Below, piece by piece: positions 1 to 9,161 of a DNA stretch of 52,809 bases. This stretch comes from a virus (Duplodnaviria > Caudoviricetes). The stretch's first letter is position 1, and each line of letters starts with the position of its first letter. Location of the stretch: the IMG/VR virus record IMGVR_UViG_3300030430_003806, positions 1 to 52,809 of that record. One strand, given 5' to 3'. The notes under the pieces are model-generated. The model saw nothing but the letters and a program-made list of their open reading frames with translations, had not been told where the DNA came from and did not search any database. The position numbers were made by a program, and so were the translations under genes.

Positions 1-67
1 AAAAAAAAGGGCAGTAATAACAGCTACGTTTAGTTATCATTCCATGGCCACACGCTCCTGCCCTTTT
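1..67 (-). terminator. Intrinsic terminator-like structure with a large, internally paired loop
   Basis: AAAAGGGCAG (5-14) and CTGCCCTTTT (58-67) form an inverted repeat with an inner ATAAC/GTTAT stem. On the minus strand it ends in a T8 run downstream of ORF 108-446. Confidence 0.55.
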
Positions 68-107
68 AAATACTAAAGCTCCACTAAAACGCTACATGAC
101 TTTAGTA

Positions 108-446
108 TTATATAGACACAATAGAACCTATTGTATTCTTTTTGTGTCTTTTGTTAAACTTATTTACGACTGCAAAATATCTTTTGATATAAGCTTTTTT
201 GAAAACTTTGTAAGAAAAGTTTAGATTTGATATATACTTTTGAAATAGTTTATATTTACTTTTCTTAAATTTTTCTGTTGTGCCATCCAAAAATGTAATA
301 ACTAGATTTTTATAGTCTACACTTTTGATAATACAATCAGCATTATTTTTTCTGAATGAAGCATGAGCCATGTCATATGGTGTTGCTTGTCTTTGTTTCA
401 TTTGCTTATGTAATTGTTTGAGGTATTGAGAAGATATTTCTTGCAT
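108..446 (-). CDS. Hypothetical basic protein
   Basis: 112-aa ATG ORF with an AT-rich leader, co-oriented with its neighbours; no motif recognised. Confidence 0.6.
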   Translation of the reverse strand: MQEISSQYLKQLHKQMKQRQATPYDMAHASFRKNNADCIIKSVDYKNLVITFLDGTTEKFKKSKYKLFQKYISNLNFSYKVFKKAYIKRYFAVVNKFNKRHKKNTIGSIVSI

Positions 447-458
447 AGTAATAGTTTT

Positions 459-480
459 TATTTATTGTTAGTGGTAAAAA
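459..480. repeat. 22-nt intergenic direct repeat, copy 1
   Basis: TATTTATTGTTAGTGGTAAAAA is 21/22 identical to 1018-1039. Confidence 0.8.
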
Positions 481-497
481 GGGGGAATTGCACCCCC
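476..497 (-). terminator. Intrinsic terminator
   Basis: Minus strand reads GGGGG-TGCAATT-CCCCC-TTTTT immediately after the stop of ORF 502-723. Confidence 0.7.
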
Positions 498-501
498 ATA
501 T

Positions 502-723
502 TTATTTCTTAGGTGTAAAATATGTGAATATTGAGAATAGCACACCTGCCATAACAGCGGTGGCAACACCACTAAATGTGCCAATGAAGATAATCGGCAA
601 AAGCAGAGTGAACAATATGTCCCAGAACACCTGTGTCTTAACCATCCTGCGTCTGCCGAGAGCTTTATATACAATGATATAATAGCCCACAGCAGCGAAG
701 ATAGCAATGAAAAACAAGCTCAT
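502..723 (-). CDS. Small membrane protein
   Basis: 73 aa with 2-3 hydrophobic segments; its start overlaps the stop of 723-998. Confidence 0.7.
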   Translation of the reverse strand: MSLFFIAIFAAVGYYIIVYKALGRRRMVKTQVFWDILFTLLLPIIFIGTFSGVATAVMAGVLFSIFTYFTPKK

Positions 724-998
724 TAGAACGGCAAGTTAGTAGATTCTAACGCTTCTTTAGCAGCTTGTTTAGGACTGAATGTATTTAGTTTCATATACAT
801 AGGTCTTGCAGCATCAGCTTTTTGAGACTTTTGTATAGTTGTTGTAACAAAGCCTTTATCGTTGACATGTTCCTTCATAAAGTTACAGAAGTCTTTTGCG
901 TTAAAGTCAATGTTTATAACACTTGATCCATTGTCAAATGTTTTTTCTCTAATGTATACACCTTCAGCGAAAGTGATAGGGTTTTTAGTTTTAGACAT
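723..998 (-). CDS. Small protein with an SSB-like C-terminal LPF tail (putative ssDNA-binding protein)
   Basis: 91 aa, beta-strand-like N-terminal half, ends ESTNLPF; function is inferred. Confidence 0.55.
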   Translation of the reverse strand: MSKTKNPITFAEGVYIREKTFDNGSSVINIDFNAKDFCNFMKEHVNDKGFVTTTIQKSQKADAARPMYMKLNTFSPKQAAKEALESTNLPF

Positions 999-1017
999 AA
1001 TTAAATTTTTAAATTAA

Positions 1018-1039
1018 TATTTATTGTTAGTAGTAAAAA
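1018..1039. repeat. 22-nt intergenic direct repeat, copy 2
   Basis: TATTTATTGTTAGTAGTAAAAA. Confidence 0.8.
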
Positions 1040-1064
1040 AAAGAGTGACTATGTAGCCACTCTT
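1035..1064 (-). terminator. Intrinsic terminator
   Basis: Minus strand reads AAGAGTGGCTA-CA-TAGTCACTCTT plus a T run. The single mismatch is a G-U wobble only on the minus strand. Confidence 0.75.
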
Positions 1065-1095
1065 ATATATAGTTGTTTTTCAGGTGTGTTAACCA

Positions 1096-1356
1096 TCAAC
1101 ACCATAGGTTGGTTATATTATCGTATTCAAACACTTCAGCCCAGTCAATAAGGTCTGACTGACACATATCTATTAGAGCTTGCTCTTTGGCAATCTCGTC
1201 AAGAGATTTGATAGGATAGTTGCCTTGAATATTGTACTCTTCAATAGCGTCAATATTGTTAGGCGCAGAACATTCGTAGCAGTTAGCTACATTGTATGAT
1301 ACTGGACGCAGTTTAGTGCTTGAGCACGAATCGCATTGCTGAGAAATTATTTCCAT
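1096..1356 (-). CDS. Zinc-ribbon-like small protein
   Basis: Two CxxC motifs (CDSC and CYEC) in an 86-aa ORF. Confidence 0.65.
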   Translation of the reverse strand: MEIISQQCDSCSSTKLRPVSYNVANCYECSAPNNIDAIEEYNIQGNYPIKSLDEIAKEQALIDMCQSDLIDWAEVFEYDNITNLWC

Positions 1357-1690
1357 GATAAATTATTTTTGATTAAACTTATGTATAGTTGTAAAACTGT
1401 GAACACATAAATAATAGAAGTCAAAGATCGTTTGCATAAATCTGATAGCTGGTACTTGACTTTATCAAAAAAAAACACTAACTTCGCAAAGCAGTTGCGT
1501 AAGCATTACAATCAGTTAAATACAATAAGTATATATTATATTTACAATGTAAAGTAAAAAAAGTAGATAACTGTTTGATTATCAATACTTTATATTATTT
1601 GCAATAGTATTTGTATAAAAAAAAGGGTATAAACTAAGGGATTAGATTATATAACACAATCAGGGATAGTTATATTTTTTTCACAATACT

Positions 1691-1724
1691 AAAAAAAAAG
1701 AGAGACTAGTTTGCCTCTCTCTTT
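1691..1724 (-). terminator. Intrinsic terminator overlapping the stop of the upstream small ORF
   Basis: Minus strand reads AGAGAGAGGC-AAACTA-GTCTCTCTTT followed by a T run. Confidence 0.7.
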
Positions 1725-1870
1725 GATTTTTCATATTCTTTATTAACTTTCTTCCAAGACATTATATCAGCTTGAGTAATATTTGTCATGTCTTCTTTCA
1801 TTTGTTTAGTGTTAAAGTAACCATACTTAGTAAGTAGGATAGTAACTATAATAATAATAAGTGTATTCAT
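1706..1870 (-). CDS. Small protein with an N-terminal hydrophobic anchor (54 aa)
   Basis: ATG at 1870 (MNTLIIIIVTILLTKYGY...) is preferred over the track's upstream start; followed by a terminator. Confidence 0.5.
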   Translation of the reverse strand: MNTLIIIIVTILLTKYGYFNTKQMKEDMTNITQADIMSWKKVNKEYEKSKREAN

Positions 1871-2017
1871 AATGATAATAAGTTTAGATTGAACATATAT
1901 ATAACAATGTATAGTCTGTAAAAAAAACAACAGACAAAACAAAGGGTGGGTGTCAAAAAAAAGTAGAAGGGTAGGGGCGTAAAGAGACAAAGCATCCTTC
2001 TCTCACAAATACAAATA

Positions 2018-2033
2018 ATTTTTTTTACTTTTG
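2018..2033 (+). promoter_or_regulatory. Bacteroidota-type -7 promoter box (TACTTTTG)
   Basis: TAnnTTTG at 2026-2033, 15 nt before the first + strand ATG. Confidence 0.6.
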
Positions 2034-2048
2034 TATTAAAATCTTACA

Positions 2049-2978
2049 ATGATTGAAAACCCATACAATACACTAACAGAAAATCCAACAGGTGAAAGAC
2101 CAATTAGAATTTTTGATGATCCAGATCTACCAGGGGGGCTTAATCCAGGATCTACAGGCGGAGGGGGTATTAACCCTTATGGTGGTAGTAATCCTACAGC
2201 CGCTAGTCAGCTTAATAGAATGGTAAGACCTAGTGCTAATGTGATGATGGCCGATAGATCTACGTCTAGTAGAATGGGTGGAGGCTTTTTACCTAGTGAA
2301 AAATTTGATCCAGAACTATATTTGAATCAAGGAATGCTTGGAGATAATGTTATGCAATACGATGATGGTGGATTCTTTGGTGCTTTAGGTAGAGGTATTG
2401 TACAACTTGGTGAAGGTCTTGGTAATCTTTTTGACGATATTTATTCTGGTATTACAGGTTATGATGATCAGTATTATCAAGACAGAGGTGTTGTAGATGA
2501 AGACGGTAATAAAGTATATTCAATCAATCCAGACGGTTCCCTAAATCTTGAAACAGGTCAAGAGGGCACAGTAGATCTTTTAGGTAGAAAATTGTCTGAT
2601 GAAGGAAGTGGTCTTCAGTTACTAAAACCTGGAACTCTTCGTAAAGATCCAAGTCCACCAATTGAAAGAAGTATAGACATGAGGCAACAACAAGACATGA
2701 TGCCTACAGGACAAAGAAGAGTAGTCAATCCTTTTGGTTTCAATGCTTTTACTGGTTCAGGAGATGCAACAGCAACAGAGTCTAATCCATATGGTAAGCA
2801 AGATCTTGACAATCCATACATAAGAGAAAATGTAAATGTATTTAACAAAGGGGGTATGGTAGATAAAGAAATGACATATGAAGGTAGCGGTAGCTTTAAT
2901 GAGCTTGCTAACAGAGTCATTGCTAAAAACCAAATAAAAAAGATAAGACAAAGATTTACTAACGGAGGTATATTCTAA
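2049..2978 (+). CDS. Low-complexity Gly/Asp-rich protein, putative internal virion (cargo) protein
   Basis: 309 aa; contains YDDGG, FNKGG and FTNGG motifs and an amphipathic FFGALGRGIVQLGEGL segment. Confidence 0.6.
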   Translation: MIENPYNTLTENPTGERPIRIFDDPDLPGGLNPGSTGGGGINPYGGSNPTAASQLNRMVRPSANVMMADRSTSSRMGGGFLPSEKFDPELYLNQGMLGDNVMQYDDGGFFGALGRGIVQLGEGLGNLFDDIYSGITGYDDQYYQDRGVVDEDGNKVYSINPDGSLNLETGQEGTVDLLGRKLSDEGSGLQLLKPGTLRKDPSPPIERSIDMRQQQDMMPTGQRRVVNPFGFNAFTGSGDATATESNPYGKQDLDNPYIRENVNVFNKGGMVDKEMTYEGSGSFNELANRVIAKNQIKKIRQRFTNGGIF

Positions 2979-3208
2979 TGAGAGAAATAGAAACAGTATT
3001 CACAACAGTCAATGCAACTGAAAGTATTTATCAAATAGAAAGAACATATGTTGATATGTACGATCTAATAATGGATGAAGATAAAATCATAGCAAATATG
3101 ATTAAATCAGGTTTTGATGTAACTGAAACTGCCTGGAGTATTCAAACCCATGACTTAGACGACAATTGTTTATACAAACTATCTTTGACTGTAGAATACA
3201 ATGGCTGA
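2978..3208 (+). CDS. Hypothetical acidic protein
   Basis: 76 aa with stop/start overlaps on both sides. Confidence 0.7.
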   Translation: MREIETVFTTVNATESIYQIERTYVDMYDLIMDEDKIIANMIKSGFDVTETAWSIQTHDLDDNCLYKLSLTVEYNG

Positions 3209-3738
3209 TGTATTTATTAAAATTAAATCGTAAAGGTGATATATTCAAGGACGATGATGGGGTAACGGGGGTGCCTGAGTTCTTGGGTATTATCAAAAAA
3301 GAAAAATTCGGGCCTACGGCCCTCAAGTGGATTGCATTAGTCTACGACTATGAAAGTCCATACAGACATTACTCAGAACAAGAACGCAAGAAAGCAGTCA
3401 GTAAAGATCTGTACGATACATACAATTGGAAAGGACAGAATGATCCCACCTTACTTGCAGCTTGTGATAAGTATGTGAAGCTACAGTTTGATCCGCTAGA
3501 CGAGCAACTTATAGCTTTCAACAAAAAAATTAATCAGTTTACTGAGCTCATTGACGTAATGCAACTTAATGAGGAGAATGCAGAGCTGTTACAAAAACTT
3601 ATGATTGGTGTAGAAAAAATATTGAAAACCAGACAGACACTACTTGACGCTATAGAAAGAAGGGGAGAGCGACAAAAGATAGCTGGCAACAAGGGGCTTA
3701 GTTTCTTAGAAAGAAGAAAAGAGATGCAAAGTGGCTAA
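3208..3738 (+). CDS. Putative terminase small subunit
   Basis: Start re-assigned to ATG 3208 (TGATG overlap). Helical protein with a YDYESPY motif and a coiled-coil-like C-terminus, two genes upstream of TerL; function is positional inference. Confidence 0.5.
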   Translation: MYLLKLNRKGDIFKDDDGVTGVPEFLGIIKKEKFGPTALKWIALVYDYESPYRHYSEQERKKAVSKDLYDTYNWKGQNDPTLLAACDKYVKLQFDPLDEQLIAFNKKINQFTELIDVMQLNEENAELLQKLMIGVEKILKTRQTLLDAIERRGERQKIAGNKGLSFLERRKEMQSG

Positions 3739-3949
3739 TGGTCCTGTATACAAATTAGATTATGTATACAAAAGATACATTAAACACTATAAGCAAGGAG
3801 ACTTGAAACGTGCACAAGAATATAATAAGATAGCACAAAAGTTTCACGGTGTAGACTTAGATATAAGATATCACAATAAGTTGGCCAACCAAGAACAAAC
3901 TAAAGGCTTGTATGGTATTGGTAAAGTGAAAAGAATAAAGTATGGGTAA
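3731..3949 (+). CDS. Hypothetical basic protein
   Basis: 72 aa, overlaps both neighbours. Confidence 0.6.
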   Translation: MANGPVYKLDYVYKRYIKHYKQGDLKRAQEYNKIAQKFHGVDLDIRYHNKLANQEQTKGLYGIGKVKRIKYG

Positions 3950-5762
3950 GATAAAAAAAGATCCACAAAGATATAGACCTATTGCTAATAATGGGCATCC
4001 AGATCTAAATCCAGACTCTGTACAATATCAAGAGTATTGGGCACAAGAAATGGATAGGTGCGTCAATGGTTTTAAACCAAAGGGCATGAAGAAAATATCA
4101 GGTAAATACTATTTCTACCTTAACTATTATATGATTCTAGGTAATGACGGTACAAGTGGTAATCGTAAAACTTTAATTAATCCGTGGTATAGAGCTATGG
4201 ATCACGAATACTTTGATACTATTGAAACCTGTAAAGAAGAAGGTAAGGGTATGATTGTAATCAAAGCCAGAGATAAAGGTTTTTCTTATATGAACTCTGG
4301 TGCAGTAGCACACGAGTATACATTCTTTCCATTCAATGATGTAGGAGTTGCAGCAGGATTACAAGCTACGGCAGATGCATTCTTTGATAAAGTAAAAAAA
4401 GGATTAAATGGTATACATCCTAACTTTAAACACTCAGTTCTTAAAGACACAACAGACATTATGCGTAGTGGATACAAGCAAAAGAACAAAGACGGCAAGT
4501 GGGAGATAGGTGGCTATCAATCTACTATTATCTGTCGTACTATGGACAACCCAGAAGTATTCAAAGGAGAACGTGTGAGTCTTATGGTGTTTGAAGAAGC
4601 GGGTGAATTTAAAAAACTTAAGAACGCATACATGTCATCCAAAGCATGTTTTATGGATGGGGACATACAATTTGGTGTACCCATAGTTGGAGGAACTGGT
4701 GGTGATATAACCAAAGCATCAAAAGACTTTATGGATATGTATTATAGTTATGACGCTTATAATCTCATACCTATGTTTATTCCAGCATCCAGGGCGTACT
4801 ATGGATTCTTTGATATCAATACTGGTGTAGAAAATGAGAAGGCAGCAATAGAAAAACTTACAGAAGAGCGTGACAATATACAAAAGTCTGGCGATAATGA
4901 CGCTTACAATTTACATGTACAAAACTATCCGCTTACTGTTGAAGAAGCATTTTTAAATACTAAATCATCACGATTTGATATATCATTACTTAATGCTCAA
5001 AGGTCTAGAATATTGTCTAGTATTGATTTTAGATCACAAATACAAAGAGGATATTTAGATTGGGAGTTGGGCAACGAAGAGTTTGCCGTAAAGTGGAGAC
5101 CACACCCAGATGGGCCATACAGAATACTAGCACACCCTATGACAGAGTTTCGTTTTTTAGATATAGGTGGGGTAGACTCTTATGATCAAGACACTGCTGG
5201 TGCATCAGATTCTTTGGGTAGTGCGATAATTTATCGTAGATTTGCAAATACAGATGTACCAAGCGATTATGTAATCGCAGAGTATACTGATAGACCACCT
5301 AAAAAAGAAGATTTTTGGGATGGTGTGTTGAAGCTAGCAGTTTACTATAATGCAAAAATGCTAGTTGAATACACAAAGATAGGTATATTAGATTATTTCA
5401 AACGTATGAATGCATTGAAATATTTAAAAGAAAAGCCAGAGTCTGCACACAACCCTGGCACAAAAACTAGAAACAGATATGGTGTGCATATGAATAAGCA
5501 AGTCAAGTCTTTACTTGAAGATTTGATTGATGATTATATAAGAGAAAATGTTGAAGACATATGGTTTATGGATTTGATAGATGAGTTAGCAGTTTATGGT
5601 AGACAGAATACTGACCGTGCCATGGCTTTTGGATTATGTTTGATACACAACATAGATAATTACAGATTACAAGTAAGTGATCAGCAAGAAGAAAAGGATT
5701 TAGGTTTTAGGTATTACAAAATGGGTTGGAATGGTATACCCACACAAATGAATAAAATATGA
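3942..5762 (+). CDS. terL: Terminase large subunit (crAss-like)
   Basis: Walker A KARDKGFSY, Walker B LMVFEEAG, GGTGG coupling motif, nuclease motifs GGVDSYD and NTDRAMA. Confidence 0.95.
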   Translation: MGKIKKDPQRYRPIANNGHPDLNPDSVQYQEYWAQEMDRCVNGFKPKGMKKISGKYYFYLNYYMILGNDGTSGNRKTLINPWYRAMDHEYFDTIETCKEEGKGMIVIKARDKGFSYMNSGAVAHEYTFFPFNDVGVAAGLQATADAFFDKVKKGLNGIHPNFKHSVLKDTTDIMRSGYKQKNKDGKWEIGGYQSTIICRTMDNPEVFKGERVSLMVFEEAGEFKKLKNAYMSSKACFMDGDIQFGVPIVGGTGGDITKASKDFMDMYYSYDAYNLIPMFIPASRAYYGFFDINTGVENEKAAIEKLTEERDNIQKSGDNDAYNLHVQNYPLTVEEAFLNTKSSRFDISLLNAQRSRILSSIDFRSQIQRGYLDWELGNEEFAVKWRPHPDGPYRILAHPMTEFRFLDIGGVDSYDQDTAGASDSLGSAIIYRRFANTDVPSDYVIAEYTDRPPKKEDFWDGVLKLAVYYNAKMLVEYTKIGILDYFKRMNALKYLKEKPESAHNPGTKTRNRYGVHMNKQVKSLLEDLIDDYIRENVEDIWFMDLIDELAVYGRQNTDRAMAFGLCLIHNIDNYRLQVSDQQEEKDLGFRYYKMGWNGIPTQMNKI

Positions 5763-8017
5763 AAAAAGATTACTCTCCAATGCCACCACTGGTATTGTCT
5801 GAAGCAGAAAAGACTCCAGAGTGGTGCGAACAAGTTTTAGATTCTATTATAAGTTATATGTCATATGATGATGGATTTTATCTGTCAGGCAGAACAAAAG
5901 ATATTAGAAACTATTTGATATATAACGGACAAGTTAATCAACAAGATTACAGCTATATCACAGAACAGTATGGATTGACATATCCTGCAAGACTTGTAAA
6001 CTATCCAATCATCACACCTAAAATTGATTTATTAGTTGGAGAAGAGATCAGGAGACCACTTGATATGAAAGTTACTACGATCAACAAAGACGCTATCATA
6101 AGAAAGCTGGATCATAAAGTAGCTATTACAATGAGAGCTTTGTTGCAAGACATACACGATGAGTTTGAACAACAACAAGGTGTAAGCATTATAGAGCAAG
6201 GAACAGGTATGCCTGTGCCAGAGGATATTGAAACATATATGAAATACAACTATCGTGAAATGGTAGAGGAAACTGCACAAGATGGTTTGGAGTATGTAAT
6301 AAATAGATACAATGTAAAAGATATATTCAAAGAAGGATTTAGAGATTTACTTGTTACAGGTAAAGAGTTTTACAAAGTTGAAATAAAAAATGGTGATCCA
6401 TTTGTTAGGCGTGTAGATCCAAGACAAATTGTATTTGATGCTTCTGCACACTCAGACTACATAGATGAAGCAAACTGGGTTGGTGAGGAAAGATATATGT
6501 CAGTTAATGAAATTAATGATGAATACAAAGACGAGCTTACAGAAGAAGATCTTTTGGAATTAGAAAACATGCGTAATGCGTATTACAATTCTGATCAGTA
6601 TAGTGAGTATAATGCGAGCTTTGATTGGATTGACGCAGGTTATGGTAAAGAAACCAGAATACGTGTGATACAGTGTGAGTGGAAATCACTAAGAGCTATC
6701 AAGTACAAAGTATCTGAAAATAAATATGATCCTAATAGACCATTTAGAAAAATAGTAAAAGATACATACAAAGCAAGAAAAGGTGAAGTAGTTGAGGTAA
6801 AATATGTAGATGATATATGGGAAGCAACTAAGATCGGAGGCAAAATTTTAATTAGAGCTAGACGTAGAAGTAATCAAGTGCGTAGCGTAGACGATCCAGG
6901 AACAACACCTTTATCATATGTGGGATGTATATATAACAATACTACAGGTAAAAGTGTATCTATGGTAGACTTACTAGACAATATACAAATGCTTTACAAC
7001 ATTGTTATCTATCAGATTGAATTAGCAATGGCCAGATCAGGTGGTAAAGCTGTAGTATATGATGTATCTCAATTACCAACTAATGCTGGTATGGATATAC
7101 AAACCGTACTATATCATCTAAAAACTGATGGTATTATACCAATCAACTCAAAAGATGAAGGTAATCAAGTTAGCTCATTTAATCAATTTCAGCAAATAGA
7201 CTTTACACTATCTCAATCTGTACAGCAGTTGATCAATCTTAAAATGATGCTGGAAGAAATGGCTGGTCAAATATCTGGAGTATCTAGACAAAGAGAGGGA
7301 GCGGTAGGTCAGTATGAGTATGTTGGTAATGTACAGAGAAGTGTAGTTCAGTCAGCAACAATTACAGAGAGCTGGTTTAAATCACACGCAGAAGTAAAAC
7401 AAAGAGTATTAGAAAGACTTTGTAATCTAATGAAAGTGTGTTGGGCTGGTGGTAAAAAAGCTGCAATGATATTAGGTGATGGAGCTTACAAGTTTTTGAA
7501 TGTAATGCCAGATATAGCTTTACAAGACTTTGGATTATATGTAGGAGACAGCGGTAAAGATGATGCAATGAAACAAGTAGTTCAGCAATTATCACAAGCA
7601 GCCTTACAATCAGGCAACATTGATTTACTTAATGTTATCAAAGTATTAAAAGCTGATACACTTACTGAAGCTGAAAAAGTTTTAGAAAAAGGTATGGATG
7701 TAATGAAGCAACAGCAAATGCAACAACAGCAAATGGCTATGCAGCAACAACAAGTCCTGCAACAAGCTCAGCAATCTGATCTGCAGAAACAAGCGCAGCT
7801 TAAAGAAATTGATAATCAAGCAAAAAGAGATGTGGCTCAGATTAGTGCACAATCAAGAGTTGATGTAGCTAAGTTACAAACAGATGCACAGCGTGATATT
7901 AATGATGCAAAAGAATCATCAGACAGAACTAAAAAAGCTCTTGATGTTTCATTAAGTCAAGAAACACCACGTACATCAACAGTAAGGCAAGTAGAAGAGG
8001 CAAAAGAAAGAATATAA
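5759..8017 (+). CDS. Portal protein
   Basis: 752 aa directly after TerL; NYPIITPKIDLLVGEE and ISGVSRQREG motifs typical of crAss-like/P22-like portals; Gln-rich C-terminal barrel. Confidence 0.9.
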   Translation: MKKDYSPMPPLVLSEAEKTPEWCEQVLDSIISYMSYDDGFYLSGRTKDIRNYLIYNGQVNQQDYSYITEQYGLTYPARLVNYPIITPKIDLLVGEEIRRPLDMKVTTINKDAIIRKLDHKVAITMRALLQDIHDEFEQQQGVSIIEQGTGMPVPEDIETYMKYNYREMVEETAQDGLEYVINRYNVKDIFKEGFRDLLVTGKEFYKVEIKNGDPFVRRVDPRQIVFDASAHSDYIDEANWVGEERYMSVNEINDEYKDELTEEDLLELENMRNAYYNSDQYSEYNASFDWIDAGYGKETRIRVIQCEWKSLRAIKYKVSENKYDPNRPFRKIVKDTYKARKGEVVEVKYVDDIWEATKIGGKILIRARRRSNQVRSVDDPGTTPLSYVGCIYNNTTGKSVSMVDLLDNIQMLYNIVIYQIELAMARSGGKAVVYDVSQLPTNAGMDIQTVLYHLKTDGIIPINSKDEGNQVSSFNQFQQIDFTLSQSVQQLINLKMMLEEMAGQISGVSRQREGAVGQYEYVGNVQRSVVQSATITESWFKSHAEVKQRVLERLCNLMKVCWAGGKKAAMILGDGAYKFLNVMPDIALQDFGLYVGDSGKDDAMKQVVQQLSQAALQSGNIDLLNVIKVLKADTLTEAEKVLEKGMDVMKQQQMQQQQMAMQQQQVLQQAQQSDLQKQAQLKEIDNQAKRDVAQISAQSRVDVAKLQTDAQRDINDAKESSDRTKKALDVSLSQETPRTSTVRQVEEAKERI

Positions 8018-8032
8018 AATTTATTATATTTG
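8017..8032 (+). promoter_or_regulatory. Late promoter motif AAATTTAT-TATATTTG
   Basis: TAnnTTTG at 8025-8032, upstream of ATG 8052. Confidence 0.65.
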
Positions 8033-8051
8033 CAAATAAAAATAAAACAAA

Positions 8052-9077
8052 ATGGCAGAAGAATCAAAATTAGTTGCAGAGACTACTGAGTCTACTGAAA
8101 CACAAGAGAAATTTAATCCACTAGCATTCACAACGGATAACTATGTGGCAAAAAAAGAAACAGAAGTAACAGAAGAATCAAATGAAGAAACTGAGTCTAC
8201 TGAAGCTACTGAAACTGAAACCAAAGAAGAAAACGAAACTACAGAAGAAAAGGAACAAGAAGAACAAGAGGAAGGGTTTTCTTGGGATTCTGTTAAGGTA
8301 GAAGAAGAAAATAAAGATGAAGAAGAGGTCTATAATTGGGATCAAGAAGATGTTGATGAAACAAAAGAAAAGATTGAGACTAATGAATTAGATTGGGAAA
8401 AAGTTTCAAAAGAACTTAATCTTGAAGCTAAATCAAAAGACGAGCTCCTTGAAATAATAAATGGTTTTGCAAATCAAACACCTGTTGCAGATACATCACA
8501 GGTTGCAGAACTAAGACGATATCTATCATTTAACGATAGAGATCTAGTTGCTGAAGAACTTAAGGCGGACGGTATGGATGCTGGAGAAATAGAAGAGTCT
8601 TTAGACAAACTAGAGGATGCAGGTATGATTAAAATAAAAGCAAAAAGCATTAGAAGAGTAATCAACAATGCTATTGAAACTCAAACTGCTCAAACAAAAA
8701 AACAAGCTGAGGCTGAACAAAAACAAAGAAAAGAGGGTGCAGCAAAAGCTAAAAAAGAATTACAAAACACAATCAAAAACATGAATGAGTTCATGGGCGG
8801 GAAAGTAACTAAAAAACAGAAGGAAGAGGTATATAAATATGCCACAGGTAAGATGATGAATGACATTTACAGCAGTCATGCCAATGTAGCTGACGTTGCA
8901 ATGTTTATGCTCTACCGAAAGCAAATTGAAAAAATTCTTCGTTCTCAAGGCTTGGAAGATGGCAAAGCCGCTATCATGGATAGCATTGTATCTCCAAGTT
9001 TGAATACTGGAAAAGGCAAACCGAAATATAAAATAAAAGACGGTTCGTTTGATCCAAAAGCGTTCATGGGCAAGTAG
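8052..9077 (+). CDS. Acidic scaffold-like protein
   Basis: Glu/Thr-rich N-terminus and helical C-terminus; lies between portal and MCP as in crAss-like phages. Confidence 0.7.
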   Translation: MAEESKLVAETTESTETQEKFNPLAFTTDNYVAKKETEVTEESNEETESTEATETETKEENETTEEKEQEEQEEGFSWDSVKVEEENKDEEEVYNWDQEDVDETKEKIETNELDWEKVSKELNLEAKSKDELLEIINGFANQTPVADTSQVAELRRYLSFNDRDLVAEELKADGMDAGEIEESLDKLEDAGMIKIKAKSIRRVINNAIETQTAQTKKQAEAEQKQRKEGAAKAKKELQNTIKNMNEFMGGKVTKKQKEEVYKYATGKMMNDIYSSHANVADVAMFMLYRKQIEKILRSQGLEDGKAAIMDSIVSPSLNTGKGKPKYKIKDGSFDPKAFMGK

Positions 9078-9161
9078 GCTTACATGAGATAGTCAAAGAC
9101 TGCTTAGAGTTGAAAGTTAATTGGACAAAGTAAAATGTTTAATTAATTTAAAAATAATAAA

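Noticed and set aside
468-707. Alternative ORFs 468-707 (-) and 488-682 (+)
   Set aside because: They overlap the better-supported membrane gene 502-723 and run through its terminator.
3942-5762. Intein or intron in TerL
   Set aside because: ATPase and nuclease motifs are normally spaced in 606 aa and no splicing motifs are evident.
7700-7800. CAA/CAG-rich tract as a microsatellite
   Set aside because: It encodes the Gln-rich helical barrel expected at a portal C-terminus.
8084-8204. Direct repeat ACTGAGTCTACTGAA
   Set aside because: Explained by repeated TESTE peptide in a low-complexity acidic region.
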